Sequence record: LT603033.1
Direction: 5' to 3' (one strand)
Length of the DNA stretch: 64,000 bases
Shown here: positions 15,851-28,096 of the stretch, in pieces
Position numbering within the stretch: position 1 is the stretch's first letter
Layout of the letters: every line of letters begins with the position of its first letter
Position numbers and translations under genes: made by a program
The notes under the pieces: generated by a model
What the model was told of the DNA's origin: nothing
What the model saw: only the letters and a program-made list of their open reading frames with translations
Databases searched by the model: none

Positions 15851-16642
15851 ATGTCTTACGATTATATGGGTGGAAACCCTGATGCTCCTAACTTTGACCA
15901 TCGTGAAAAACTGAAAGATGTTATCACTCAAATGTTGGGTGCTGGGGCCGTTGAGGTAGAAATTACTGATGGTCAATTAGAAATTGCAATTGATAATGCG
16001 GTATCGAATTACAGAGCGTGGAGTTCTGCTTCTAAAGAAGAAGCATTTTTAAATATGAAATTTTATGATTCACAATCTGTATATATGCTACCAACTGAAG
16101 TTGAAATTGTTAAAAAGATTTATCGTTATGGTAATGGTTACTTAAGTTCTGGTAGTGGGAACTCAGTAGACCCGTTTTCTCTAGCATTCACCAACACTTA
16201 CTTATTGACTTCAGCACGAAATGCTGGTGGATATGATCTAACTACATATGATTTTAGTTTTCAGTTCCAAGAACTGGTAGGTCGTATGTTTGGTCGTGAT
16301 ATTATATTTCAATTTAACCCAATGACCAAAAAATTAATTATAGATCGTGATATTCGTGGTACTGAAGAAGTACTATTACACGTCTATCATAATATTCCTG
16401 AACCATTGTTGTTCCAAAGGCAGCAAAGTTATCCTTGGTTGCGTGATTGGGCTTTATCCGAAGCAATGATTATGTTGGGTCGTAACCGTGCTAAATTTGC
16501 ATCGCTTCCTGGACCACAGGGAACGTTTTCTATGGATGGTGATACCTTACGCAATGAAGGTTTACAGCTTCAAGAACAGCTTAAAGAGCGTTTGAAACGT
16601 TATCAAGATGGTGCTGAACCACTCGGTATGATTATTGGTTAA
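15851..16642 (+). CDS. gp13: Neck protein (T4 gp13-like)
   Basis: LGAGAVEVEITDGQLEIAIDNAV ... WLRDWALSEAMIMLGRNRAKF...PGPQG..SMDG follows the gp13 pattern. Confidence 0.75.
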   Translation: MSYDYMGGNPDAPNFDHREKLKDVITQMLGAGAVEVEITDGQLEIAIDNAVSNYRAWSSASKEEAFLNMKFYDSQSVYMLPTEVEIVKKIYRYGNGYLSSGSGNSVDPFSLAFTNTYLLTSARNAGGYDLTTYDFSFQFQELVGRMFGRDIIFQFNPMTKKLIIDRDIRGTEEVLLHVYHNIPEPLLFQRQQSYPWLRDWALSEAMIMLGRNRAKFASLPGPQGTFSMDGDTLRNEGLQLQEQLKERLKRYQDGAEPLGMIIG

Positions 16643-16646
16643 ATTA

Positions 16647-16673
16647 AAAGGACTCCTATATGGGGTCTTTTTT
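16647..16673 (+). terminator. Rho-independent terminator
   Basis: AAAAGGACTCC-TATA-TGGGGTCTTTTTT. Confidence 0.75.
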
Positions 16674-16680
16674 CATATTA

Positions 16681-16691
16681 TGTGATATAAT
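16681..16691 (+). promoter_or_regulatory. Extended -10 promoter TGTGATATAAT
   Basis: Perfect extended -10 directly after a terminator; no -35 match. Confidence 0.55.
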
Positions 16692-16718
16692 GATAATATT
16701 AATCTAAAGGAACTTGTC

Positions 16719-16988
16719 ATGAATAATAACATAAATGTAACGTATAACAGATATCGTTGTGGTAGACCAACGCTTGATTATGAATCAACTGAAAAGTACT
16801 GGAAATTTATCAAAGATTCAATCATTGATGTTATCGGTAGAGATCGAATAAATGCATGGGCGAGTATATATCGTGATGATGATGGGGAAACATTTTTTAT
16901 TACTTATGTTTCTATATATTATGGTAATGAGTCAATTCTTGGATTACTTGAAAGTTTAGTAGGAAAGGATTTAATAGAAATTATATAA
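16719..16988 (+). CDS. Hypothetical protein
   Basis: RBS AAAGGA; 89 aa. Confidence 0.7.
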   Translation: MNNNINVTYNRYRCGRPTLDYESTEKYWKFIKDSIIDVIGRDRINAWASIYRDDDGETFFITYVSIYYGNESILGLLESLVGKDLIEII

Positions 16989-17006
16989 AATACATGGAGT
17001 AGTATA

Positions 17007-17633
17007 ATGGGAAGACAAATAATTGCAATTAACGGAACTATTGGAAGTGGTAAAGATACATTTGGTGAATCTTTTATTAATAATGGTTACACACGAATGT
17101 CATTCGCAACCAATCTAAAAGATTCAGTTTCTGCCATCTTTGGATGGGACCGTGAAATGCTTGAGGGGTCAACTAAGGAAAGTCGTAAGATTCGTGAAGA
17201 ACCGGATCAGTACTGGTGTGATAAGTTAGGTCGTAATGATGTATCCCCTCGATGGGTATTGCAGAATTATGGTACTAATATTTTGCGTAAGTATTTTCAT
17301 AATGATATTTGGGTATTCAGTTTAGAAAAATCAATGCAAGACATAGATGGAAATATCATCATCACTGATTGCCGTTTTCCAAATGAATTAAAAATGATTA
17401 GATCGAATAATGGGACTATTATTGAAGTTCAACGTGTTCTACCACATTGGTATGGTTTGGCTGCCTCTTATAATAAAGGGGATATTAATATTAAACCAGT
17501 TGAACTTGAATCAGTACACGAATCTGAGTGGGCTTGGATTGGAATAAACAATCCTGATATAATTGTACAGAATAACAGTACTATTGATGATTTACATAAA
17601 AAAGCAATGGACATTATTTATTCTAATACATAA
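17007..17633 (+). CDS. gp1: Deoxynucleoside monophosphate kinase (T4 gp1-like)
   Basis: P-loop GTIGSGKDT, SFATNLKD, PRWVLQNYGT, IITDCRFPNE, HESE. Confidence 0.9.
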   Translation: MGRQIIAINGTIGSGKDTFGESFINNGYTRMSFATNLKDSVSAIFGWDREMLEGSTKESRKIREEPDQYWCDKLGRNDVSPRWVLQNYGTNILRKYFHNDIWVFSLEKSMQDIDGNIIITDCRFPNELKMIRSNNGTIIEVQRVLPHWYGLAASYNKGDINIKPVELESVHESEWAWIGINNPDIIVQNNSTIDDLHKKAMDIIYSNT

Positions 17634-17727
17634 ATTATAAACAATAAGGACTGGACAATTAAATCCTTCAATAAATAAGACTATACGAATATATTTCGAA
17701 TAACCAATTATTTTTGGAGGATTTAAT

Positions 17728-20391
17728 ATGGCAGGAGATCTACTCTCACCTGGCGTTTCCATTTCAGTAACTGATGAAAGTATGAGTACCGCTGCTGCTC
17801 CTGGCACTGTACCACTATTTGTAATCGCTACTGCTGAAGACAAACTTGTCCCAGGAAGCAGTGCAATAGCTGCGGGAACTACTAAAGCAAACGCTGGAAA
17901 ACTACAGCTTCTAACATCACAAAAAAGTTCACTTGATACCTATGGTACACCAATTTTTCAAATGAATAACGGTTCTGTTGTTCAAGGTGATGAACTAAAC
18001 GAATATGGCCTACATGCAGTATATTCTTATCTAGGCATTACTAACCGTGCATATGTAATTCGTGCTGATATCGATCTAGCACAACTAGCACCAAGTGCTG
18101 AAGCACCAACTGGCCCAGTATCCAATGGTACTTTGTGGTTTGATACCGCACAATCACAAGTAGAAGCGTATGTAGCGAAGAAAGATAGTCCAAGCAGTTT
18201 TTATGATTGGCAACTTAAGCCAGTAACTATTGTAAGTGCTGAAGAAGTTGAAGATGTAAGTCTAGTAGGTTTAAATGTTGATGATTTAGTTCTACGTTAC
18301 AAACCAAGCAATGGTCAGATGCTAATGTATAAACGTTCTGCTTCTGGGCTAGTGCAAATGGAAACTTATCTATCACCAATTAACAAAGTTCCAGTTGGCT
18401 CAACTGTAGAAAAAGGTAACATTTGGATTCGTGATGGTTACACCCAAAATGGTTCAAACTATTTTGGTACTCGTTTTGTTATTAAACGTTATGCATCCCT
18501 AACTCAAGTTTGGAATATTGTACCAGCATATACTGGTAATTCATTCCAAGAAATTGAAGCGAAAAGTGGTGTACTAAACAATAGTTATATCGCATCTCGT
18601 TTTGATGAAGATAGTAAGAGTTTCTCTTTCTATATTCAAAGTGCAAAACTAACAACAATTAGTGCTCCTGCTTTGCCACTTGGTGAAACTATTATTGAAC
18701 AAGCAGGTGCTGATAGTTATATGACTTTTGTTTATTTGAATAAATCAGTTAAAGTACTAGCAGTTCCACAAGGCGGTGTTATTAATACCCAAACTATCAT
18801 CAATAATCTAAATGCAAATGCTGAAATTATTAACGATGGTTTTAAATTTAAACGTGAAACTAATGGTGGTTTAGTTGTTTCCAATACAAAAGGTTACAGT
18901 TTCAAAATCACACAAAGTGGTGATGATATTTTTGCTGAATCTGAACTACAAAAACTAACTGTAGATAGTAACAACTACTCTCTAATTAACGTTAATAACT
19001 TCCGTGTTAGTTATTCAGTACCACGTAGTGTAGCAAAAGAAGGAACTCTCTGGTATGATTTCGGGAACTCCGATAATCTAACTGTAACTATGTATGTTGC
19101 TGATGTTGCTAATGATGAATGGGATCTAGTACAAGAAGAAAACAAATATGTACAAGTTGATGAACCAGCGGCTGACCGTTTAATTTGGGTTTGTCCTTTG
19201 TCTCAAGGCATTGATGGTTATGATTTCTATCGTAACGTTGATGGTGAATGGGTTAAACTTGACAGTACTGACCAAAGTACACTAAATGGTATGATTTTCC
19301 AAGACTTTAATTTCCCAAGCCAAGTTCCTGCTGCGGCATTATATCAAAATGGTATGCTTGCTGTTGACCTAGGTAACACTGAAGGTGTTGTTAAGAAAAT
19401 GGTTAATGGTCAATGGGAAGTTGTTAGTGGTGTAAGTCTTGATGGTGCTGGTCTATTTGGTCGTGCTGCACAACGTCAACTAGTAGTTGAAGCACTAGCT
19501 GCTGTTATTATTGGTAATGATGACATTCGTTCTGAATTTATTGATTTTAACCTAATTTGTGTACCTGGTTACGTTGAAACACTTGATGAATGTGTAACTT
19601 TAAACACTGATCGTAAAGAAACTGCATTTATTGTTACTGACGTTCCAGCACGTTTGAATCCAACCGGAAACGGTAGTGCTGTACAACAATGGGCTACTAA
19701 TGCTAACAATGCACCAAGTAACGGTTCAGTTGGTCGCACAACTGCTTATGATTATGCTGCTCAGTATATGGGTTGGTGTCTAAGTACTAACGTTGATGGT
19801 GAAGAAGTTGCAGTTCCTGGTAGTACTATTGCAATGCGTACATATGCATATAGTGATAGTGTTAGTTATGTATGGTATCCACCTGCTGGTACAACTCGTG
19901 GTGTTGTAACAAACGCTGCAAGTACTGGTTTTATCAACAGCGAAGGTGAATATCAACCAGTAGTATATAACCAAGGTCAACGTGACGTTATGTATACTAA
20001 CAACATTAACCCAATTGCAATGCGTCCTAACCGTGGTTTGCTTGTTTATGGAGATAAAACTCTATCTGCTAATCAAACTTCTGCACTAAGTCGTGTTAAC
20101 GTTGCTCGTTTAGTTGTTTATATTCGTCGTCAACTAGAAATTATTTCCGAACCATTCCTATTCCGTTTGAATACTCCAAGTACTCGTCAGGAATTTAGTG
20201 GTGTAGTTAATAGTTTCTTGGCTGAAATTGTTCAACAACAGGGTCTTTATAACTTCGCAGTAGTTTGTGATGAAAGTAACAATACCGCAGAGCGTATTGA
20301 CCGTAATGAACTTTGGATGGATATTGCAATCCAACCAACTAAGAGTATTAACTTCATTTACGTACCAATCCGTATCGAAAAAACTCAATAA
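17728..20391 (+). CDS. gp18: Contractile tail sheath protein with a large central insertion
   Basis: LSPGVSISVTDES N-terminus; C-terminal WYPPAGTTRG, NINPI, RVNVARL, DESNNTAERIDRNELWMDIAIQPTKSINFI. Confidence 0.95.
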   Translation: MAGDLLSPGVSISVTDESMSTAAAPGTVPLFVIATAEDKLVPGSSAIAAGTTKANAGKLQLLTSQKSSLDTYGTPIFQMNNGSVVQGDELNEYGLHAVYSYLGITNRAYVIRADIDLAQLAPSAEAPTGPVSNGTLWFDTAQSQVEAYVAKKDSPSSFYDWQLKPVTIVSAEEVEDVSLVGLNVDDLVLRYKPSNGQMLMYKRSASGLVQMETYLSPINKVPVGSTVEKGNIWIRDGYTQNGSNYFGTRFVIKRYASLTQVWNIVPAYTGNSFQEIEAKSGVLNNSYIASRFDEDSKSFSFYIQSAKLTTISAPALPLGETIIEQAGADSYMTFVYLNKSVKVLAVPQGGVINTQTIINNLNANAEIINDGFKFKRETNGGLVVSNTKGYSFKITQSGDDIFAESELQKLTVDSNNYSLINVNNFRVSYSVPRSVAKEGTLWYDFGNSDNLTVTMYVADVANDEWDLVQEENKYVQVDEPAADRLIWVCPLSQGIDGYDFYRNVDGEWVKLDSTDQSTLNGMIFQDFNFPSQVPAAALYQNGMLAVDLGNTEGVVKKMVNGQWEVVSGVSLDGAGLFGRAAQRQLVVEALAAVIIGNDDIRSEFIDFNLICVPGYVETLDECVTLNTDRKETAFIVTDVPARLNPTGNGSAVQQWATNANNAPSNGSVGRTTAYDYAAQYMGWCLSTNVDGEEVAVPGSTIAMRTYAYSDSVSYVWYPPAGTTRGVVTNAASTGFINSEGEYQPVVYNQGQRDVMYTNNINPIAMRPNRGLLVYGDKTLSANQTSALSRVNVARLVVYIRRQLEIISEPFLFRLNTPSTRQEFSGVVNSFLAEIVQQQGLYNFAVVCDESNNTAERIDRNELWMDIAIQPTKSINFIYVPIRIEKTQ

Positions 20392-20397
20392 AACACT

Positions 20398-20423
20398 AAG
20401 GGAACCTTTTGGTTCCCTTTTTT
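20398..20423 (+). terminator. Rho-independent terminator
   Basis: AAGGGAACC / GGTTCCCTT plus T run. Confidence 0.85.
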
Positions 20424-20470
20424 ATTGTTTAAAATTAAATACCTTTATATTGATGTTATAAAGGGACATT

Positions 20471-20726
20471 ATGGATATGGAAGAAATACTAAAAAGAACA
20501 ATACAAGATGTCAGTAAAATAGTTTTAACTCAGTTAGAATCAATACACATACTAAATATATTTTTAAAAAATTTAGAAGATTGTCGGTATAATTGAAAAA
20601 TACGAAGTATACACAAATGGAAAATGGTCTATATCAGTAAACTATATTGACCACACTAAACGAAAAAGATACTTATATTGTGTTAATATTAATTGGTTCC
20701 CTGTTGATGACACTTTAGTTAATTAA
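20471..20726 (+). CDS. Small ORF (~84 aa) split by a +1 frame break at about 20582-20587
   Basis: RBS AAGGGA. Frame A gives MDMEEILKR...FLKNLEDCRYN*. The +1 frame continues GIIEKYEVYTNGKWSISVNY...DTLVN* to 20726. Confidence 0.5.
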
Positions 20727-20786
20727 AAATATACTTCCAGATAGATAAATAATATAAAGATGTCATTCCATAATAGGAGAATATAA

Positions 20787-21473
20787 ATGGCTACAATGCT
20801 TGATCGATATGGCGTACCGCTCGCTGGCGGTGGTCGTATCTCTATGAAACAACCAAAAGCAAAATACAAATTTCGTGTTATTTTCTTTGGTTTTGGTACT
20901 AATGATGATGGTAATATGATTACACTAGACACCAATACAGTTGGGGCAGTATCTGTATCACATGAAAACGTCACTGTTCATAGTTACAACAGTTCTGCAC
21001 ACTACAAAGGGAAATACACTTGGGATACAATTGATGTTGCTTTCCGTGACTCTGTAGGTAATGCTTCTGCTAAAGCACTATACAACCAAATGCGTAAAGA
21101 ATTTAACTACTACAGTCAAGAATCTCGCATGACAGATTCACAATTTAAATTTGAAATGTGGATTCAAGAGCTTGATGGTTCTAATAGTGAAAATACAACA
21201 AACTTGTTTGAAGGAACATTGAGTACTTGGGTATGTCAAGGTTGCTTTATTGAATCCAGCAACTTTGGTGATTGGGATTATTCCTCAAGTGAAGCACAAG
21301 TTATTTCAATGACTGTTCAACCAGATGGTTGTGCTAAATTGGGTCCAAACGGCGAAGCGTTCGGTGATGAAGTTAGTGGCTTCGGTAATCCATCAACTGC
21401 TACCTCTATTTCTGGTGCACAAACTAATATTAGTAGTACTACTCTACCAGATAGTAACTTCTACGAAAATTAA
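20787..21473 (+). CDS. gp19: Tail tube protein (T4 gp19-like)
   Basis: Follows the sheath; QPKAKYKFRV, YKGKYTWDTIDVAFRD, CFIESSNFGDWDYSSSE. Confidence 0.85.
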   Translation: MATMLDRYGVPLAGGGRISMKQPKAKYKFRVIFFGFGTNDDGNMITLDTNTVGAVSVSHENVTVHSYNSSAHYKGKYTWDTIDVAFRDSVGNASAKALYNQMRKEFNYYSQESRMTDSQFKFEMWIQELDGSNSENTTNLFEGTLSTWVCQGCFIESSNFGDWDYSSSEAQVISMTVQPDGCAKLGPNGEAFGDEVSGFGNPSTATSISGAQTNISSTTLPDSNFYEN

Positions 21474-21494
21474 TTTTATTTAAACTTAATATAT

Positions 21495-21522
21495 AGCCTC
21501 GAATCTATTCGGGGCTTTTTTT
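21495..21522 (+). terminator. Rho-independent terminator
   Basis: AGCCTCGAA / TTCGGGGCT plus T run. Confidence 0.85.
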
Positions 21523-21567
21523 ATGCTAAATAAAGTATAATGCCTTATAAAATAAAAAGAGGTTGCT

Positions 21568-22344
21568 ATGGCAAATAACATGATTAATAAATATGGCGTT
21601 CCTTTACCATCGGGGCGTAATCGTTCAATGCTACAACCGAAAGCAAAATACAAGTTTCGTGTTATTGTGTATAATTTCGGTACTGATATAGATGAACGTG
21701 ATCACATCGCATTAGATGTTGATAAAATTGATAGACCTACTGTAACATTTAGTACTCATAAACTATATCAATTTACTACTAATACTTCCTATATAGGTAG
21801 TCATGATTGGGAACCAATTACTATATCTATACGTGATTCAGTTGGAAATGCATCAGCAAAAGCATTATCACGCCAACTACAAAAACAACTGGACTTTCAA
21901 CGCAGAATAACTTCAAGAAATGACCAAGATTATGGTTCTTATAAATTTGGTTTAGTTATACAGATGTTGAGTGGTCGTAACTCAGATGATACACTAGAAA
22001 ATCTAGGAAGAGATACACTAGTAGATGCTGCAACTGCTGCAACAAATAATGCTGGCTTAGTAAATGCAGTAGATCAATTTATTGGTGGTTCTTCTTATAA
22101 CAGTGCTGGTGTTATGGAATACTTTGTTTTAACCGGATGTGTTATTCAAAACATATCATACGATTCATTAGACTATAGTTCAAGTTCTCCAGTTGAAATG
22201 GTAGTGACTATCAAACCAGATAATTGTATACAATTTGATAACATTGAAGAAATGTATAGTACCAGAATTAATTCACTTTTACCTGAAAATGTCAATCAAG
22301 GTTTAGATATCATTGATCGTGTTTTTGGTAGTGTAGGATTTTAA
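21568..22344 (+). CDS. Second tail-tube paralog
   Basis: Shares YGVPL, QPKAKYKFRVI, RDSVGNASAKAL and (W/L)DYSSS with 20787-21473. Confidence 0.8.
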   Translation: MANNMINKYGVPLPSGRNRSMLQPKAKYKFRVIVYNFGTDIDERDHIALDVDKIDRPTVTFSTHKLYQFTTNTSYIGSHDWEPITISIRDSVGNASAKALSRQLQKQLDFQRRITSRNDQDYGSYKFGLVIQMLSGRNSDDTLENLGRDTLVDAATAATNNAGLVNAVDQFIGGSSYNSAGVMEYFVLTGCVIQNISYDSLDYSSSSPVEMVVTIKPDNCIQFDNIEEMYSTRINSLLPENVNQGLDIIDRVFGSVGF

Positions 22345-22355
22345 GGAGATAATGA

Positions 22356-24463
<2,108 letters not shown>

Positions 24464-24490
24464 CTTAAACGACCTTATGGAGTTATTAAA

Positions 24491-25027
24491 ATGAATAGAT
24501 TACAACAAATCCTAACTGAAAAGAAACCAGTTTATGAATACCGAGTTAAGTTTGCAGTTGAACCAACACCTGAGCAACTTAGTAAAGTAACACAGCGACT
24601 AATGGATCGCTATGATGCGTTTGAAATTGGAGCACTAAAGAAAACAATTTTTATGGAAAAACCATTAGATTTCTATGAATTAGATTGTGGTGAAATTTGG
24701 ATGTTTGACTTTAAATGTCATCGTGGCGTTCAATCAAATGTACTAATGTATGAAATTGGCAATTTACTAAGCATGACAGAAGCATTGATTCGTGTTCGTA
24801 GTAAAGATGAACCTCGTCAAATTGAAATGACTGATTTGGAAGATGATATCGATTTTGATGATGTTGATGAACCAGTTATTGGAGTGGATTTTGGTAAACC
24901 AGAAGACAGTTATGACTTAGCTGGACAACAACGTGCAAACACTGCCGTTGATGATGCAATTGAAGCATCGAAAAAAGACAATAAATACTCTCAATATATG
25001 AGTGCTGGTTTTGGTAAAAAGGATTAA
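24491..25027 (+). CDS. Probable virion/head protein
   Basis: RBS GGAG; N-terminal ILTE motif; late-like motif upstream. Confidence 0.6.
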   Translation: MNRLQQILTEKKPVYEYRVKFAVEPTPEQLSKVTQRLMDRYDAFEIGALKKTIFMEKPLDFYELDCGEIWMFDFKCHRGVQSNVLMYEIGNLLSMTEALIRVRSKDEPRQIEMTDLEDDIDFDDVDEPVIGVDFGKPEDSYDLAGQQRANTAVDDAIEASKKDNKYSQYMSAGFGKKD

Positions 25028-25030
25028 CAC

Positions 25031-25573
25031 ATGAGTATACTTAATGAAATGTTAGATTATGAAGACAATGAGTTAAATGAAGCTCGTCCTTATAGTCGTT
25101 CACAAAGTGCAGTTGATAGTGCAAAAGGAAAAGTAAAAGGCTTTTTTGGTAGTGGACAGATTGAACAAGGTGCACAAGAAGTTGGTGCTGAAGCCAACCG
25201 CTTATGGGCAGAGTTTAAACGTTATGTTGGACGTAAATATGGTAAAGCTCAACCATCAGTACCTTACGCTGATGTGGCACAGTTTTTTAAAGGTAACAAT
25301 CTTGATATTAAACATTTAGGGAACAATCCTCGTCGTTCTTTTACACCAAAAGATGTAGGTACTGCTCTATTAAATGCTGCTCGTGATATAATGAATGACT
25401 ACCGTGACCAACAAGGTGGCGAAGAAAGTTCAGAATCACAACCATCACAATCGACCTCAACTGAGCAACCAGCACAACAAGAACAACCAAAAGCACAAGG
25501 TTCCAGTATCCCTGATGCTCTACAAAAATTAAGTCCAGAGCAACGCGACCAACTGTTACGTATGCTTTCTTAA
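25031..25573 (+). CDS. Probable head-internal protein
   Basis: ILNE and ELNE motifs at the N-terminus; Q/S/E-rich linker. Confidence 0.55.
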   Translation: MSILNEMLDYEDNELNEARPYSRSQSAVDSAKGKVKGFFGSGQIEQGAQEVGAEANRLWAEFKRYVGRKYGKAQPSVPYADVAQFFKGNNLDIKHLGNNPRRSFTPKDVGTALLNAARDIMNDYRDQQGGEESSESQPSQSTSTEQPAQQEQPKAQGSSIPDALQKLSPEQRDQLLRMLS

Positions 25574-25586
25574 GGAGAATCAACAC

Positions 25587-27095
25587 ATGGATAATTTTTT
25601 CAGTACTGAAACTACCACAGTTCCTAATGGATATGTATATACGTCACATACTGGTGCAAAATATGTATTTCTTGAAGGATTCTGGTTCAATGACAATAAT
25701 ATGTTAATGGTAGACCCTAGAAAATACCCATCCATGTACGCAAGTGCTCGACAACAGATTGTCGAGCACAATCTAGCTTCAAATGAATATAAGATTGGTA
25801 ACAAATATATTGTTGAAGGTAAAGAGTGTACATTTATTGGTGAAAACCGTTTCAATTCAAAAGATGGAATTCTATTAACTGAAAGTGAATTCATCACTGA
25901 ATTAATGGCAGATGATCATCGAGTATATAATGTTTCTAAAGAAACACTACAAAAAGAATGGAATGCATTAAAATTTTACATTCTTCCACCATATGCTGAT
26001 GATATATCAATTCCAGCAGGTATGGAAGTAAGTGGTTTTAAATTTGTGCCAAAGAATCACCGTTTTGTTGATATGAAATCAGGACGAGCAGTTGATCCAG
26101 CAATGACCCGTAAACTATCAGATGAAGGTATGCGTATTGCTCGTCAGTTAGCTTCTAAAAATAAACTAATTCCAATCAAATCAACCTTAGTTCAAGGCAA
26201 TACACGTTGTGAGTGGAATGGTAAAGAATTTTGTGATAATGATGGTAATGTAGTAATTCCAGAACAAAATGCACATGCAATTATTAATGCATATCAGCAA
26301 TTTGTTAAGAATAACCCAAGTGATTTTCCTACATTAACGGGTGAACAAGAACATAGTGAGCAACGTTTTGGTTCAGGTGAAAAGCCACATAAAGCTTCAC
26401 ACCCTGCTAAACAGCCAGTATTTGCAACTAAAGAATCAATTAATGAAGCAGATGAAGAATTTGAAAGCATTACTGTTCCTGACGGTTATAGAATGACTTC
26501 TTCTAAAGGAAAAACATACGCTAAGAAAAATAACTTGTGGTATGATATCGAAAGTAAAAAGCAACTTAACACAAGTGCTTCTAAAAGTGTTGAACGAGCA
26601 GCACAGCGTGATATTTTCCGTCATAACAATTCCGGTGCTATGAAAATCGGTACAAAAGTTAAATCCAAACAAGGCAAAGAATATTCGTATGTTGGTGGTG
26701 ACAGATTCATTAGTGCTGATGGTAAGTTTATACCAAAAGCAACTGCTGCTAAATTACTTGCCAAATATGAACAAGATAAAGAAGTTAAAAGTGATGAAAC
26801 ACCTGAAGTAGACTCTGGTACTGAGCAAATTCAATCAAAAGAAGAACCTAAGAAAGAACCAGAATCTGAACAAAAACCAGACGAAGTTTCTGAACCAGAA
26901 ACTAAATCTGAAACAATTGCTGGTGATGATGTACAATCATTAGCTTCTAAAATTAAAGAGTCACCTTATGCTAAAAAAATCACAGTACTACTAACTCGTG
27001 GTGATGAGGTTTCTCTACTTGCTGCTGACATTTTACTTTCAGGTAAAAAGGATGAAACAGTGCAAATTTTAAAATCATTAAATAATAATGATTGA
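25587..27095 (+). CDS. Probable virion protein with three ~85-aa internal repeats
   Basis: Repeats begin TVPNGY, SIPAGM and TVPDGY; E/K/P-rich linker. Confidence 0.6.
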   Translation: MDNFFSTETTTVPNGYVYTSHTGAKYVFLEGFWFNDNNMLMVDPRKYPSMYASARQQIVEHNLASNEYKIGNKYIVEGKECTFIGENRFNSKDGILLTESEFITELMADDHRVYNVSKETLQKEWNALKFYILPPYADDISIPAGMEVSGFKFVPKNHRFVDMKSGRAVDPAMTRKLSDEGMRIARQLASKNKLIPIKSTLVQGNTRCEWNGKEFCDNDGNVVIPEQNAHAIINAYQQFVKNNPSDFPTLTGEQEHSEQRFGSGEKPHKASHPAKQPVFATKESINEADEEFESITVPDGYRMTSSKGKTYAKKNNLWYDIESKKQLNTSASKSVERAAQRDIFRHNNSGAMKIGTKVKSKQGKEYSYVGGDRFISADGKFIPKATAAKLLAKYEQDKEVKSDETPEVDSGTEQIQSKEEPKKEPESEQKPDEVSEPETKSETIAGDDVQSLASKIKESPYAKKITVLLTRGDEVSLLAADILLSGKKDETVQILKSLNNND

Positions 27096-27117
27096 TAACT
27101 AAAAGGATTTATTTAAA

Positions 27118-28095
27118 ATGGCTAAAAAAATTAATGAAGCACAAGTTAAAATCGATATCGCAGGTTTAGAATCTGATGATTTGGAAACTCTATCACGTAT
27201 GTTAGCTCTTGCTGGTCAAGCTGAACGTCAAGACCCAGTAGTTGCTGCTCCAGTACCATCTATGGGGTCTATGACTCCATCTCTTCCACCTATTGCTCCA
27301 CTAGATCTCGATTCTATTGGTGCTGAAGAAGAAATTGGTGGAATTGAAACTTCAGTTGAAGACCCACTAGCAGCGGCAGTTGATGATCTTTCCGCTGATG
27401 TTGGTGATTTTGGTGCTGACACAGATGAAGTTAGTATGGATGCTGAATTTTCAGAACCAGGTGTAGAAGGTGAAGACGATTTTTCTCTTGACCTTAGTGG
27501 TCAACCTCAACTAGAATCAGTTGAAGAAGACGATGAGGAAGAAGAAATTATTGAAGAAGAATTCGATTTTAGTCGTATGCTATCTCTTGCTGGTATTAAC
27601 GAAGAAGAAGACGAAGATTTTTCAGTAGAGGGTAATCCTGCTACCGATAAAGAAATGAAAGATACCCAATTTCTACCAGATCTAAGTATCTCTGAAGATG
27701 AAGAACCATCTAACAGTACTGATTATGGTCCATATGAAACCGAAGCTGATGCCGTTCGTGATGGGCAACTAAAGACTAATGGTGTTGAAGGTGACCATTT
27801 TGTTGTAATTGCAAAAGGCAATCAATTTTATTGGAGACGTGTTGTAGATGAAGATCTTGACAATCGTCCAGAACCTGAGTATTATGATAATGAAGGGAAC
27901 GAAAATCGTGTTCATAAATTTGAACCAAAATTCCCAGGCACTGCATTAGGAGATAACCCACTAAATGTTAATGAAAGTGAAGAAGATGATTCACCTGAAG
28001 GTAACATTGACTTGGAAGATGATTCTGATGAAGAAGTAGAAGATATTTTTGAAAGTCTCCAAGAAAAATACAAGAAATTTTTAGGAGACAAATAA
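27118..28095 (+). CDS. Highly acidic scaffold/prohead-core-like protein
   Basis: D/E-rich low complexity, many (I/L)xE motifs, duplicated (L/F)SRML(A/S)LAG. Confidence 0.55.
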   Translation: MAKKINEAQVKIDIAGLESDDLETLSRMLALAGQAERQDPVVAAPVPSMGSMTPSLPPIAPLDLDSIGAEEEIGGIETSVEDPLAAAVDDLSADVGDFGADTDEVSMDAEFSEPGVEGEDDFSLDLSGQPQLESVEEDDEEEEIIEEEFDFSRMLSLAGINEEEDEDFSVEGNPATDKEMKDTQFLPDLSISEDEEPSNSTDYGPYETEADAVRDGQLKTNGVEGDHFVVIAKGNQFYWRRVVDEDLDNRPEPEYYDNEGNENRVHKFEPKFPGTALGDNPLNVNESEEDDSPEGNIDLEDDSDEEVEDIFESLQEKYKKFLGDK

Positions 28096-28096
28096 T

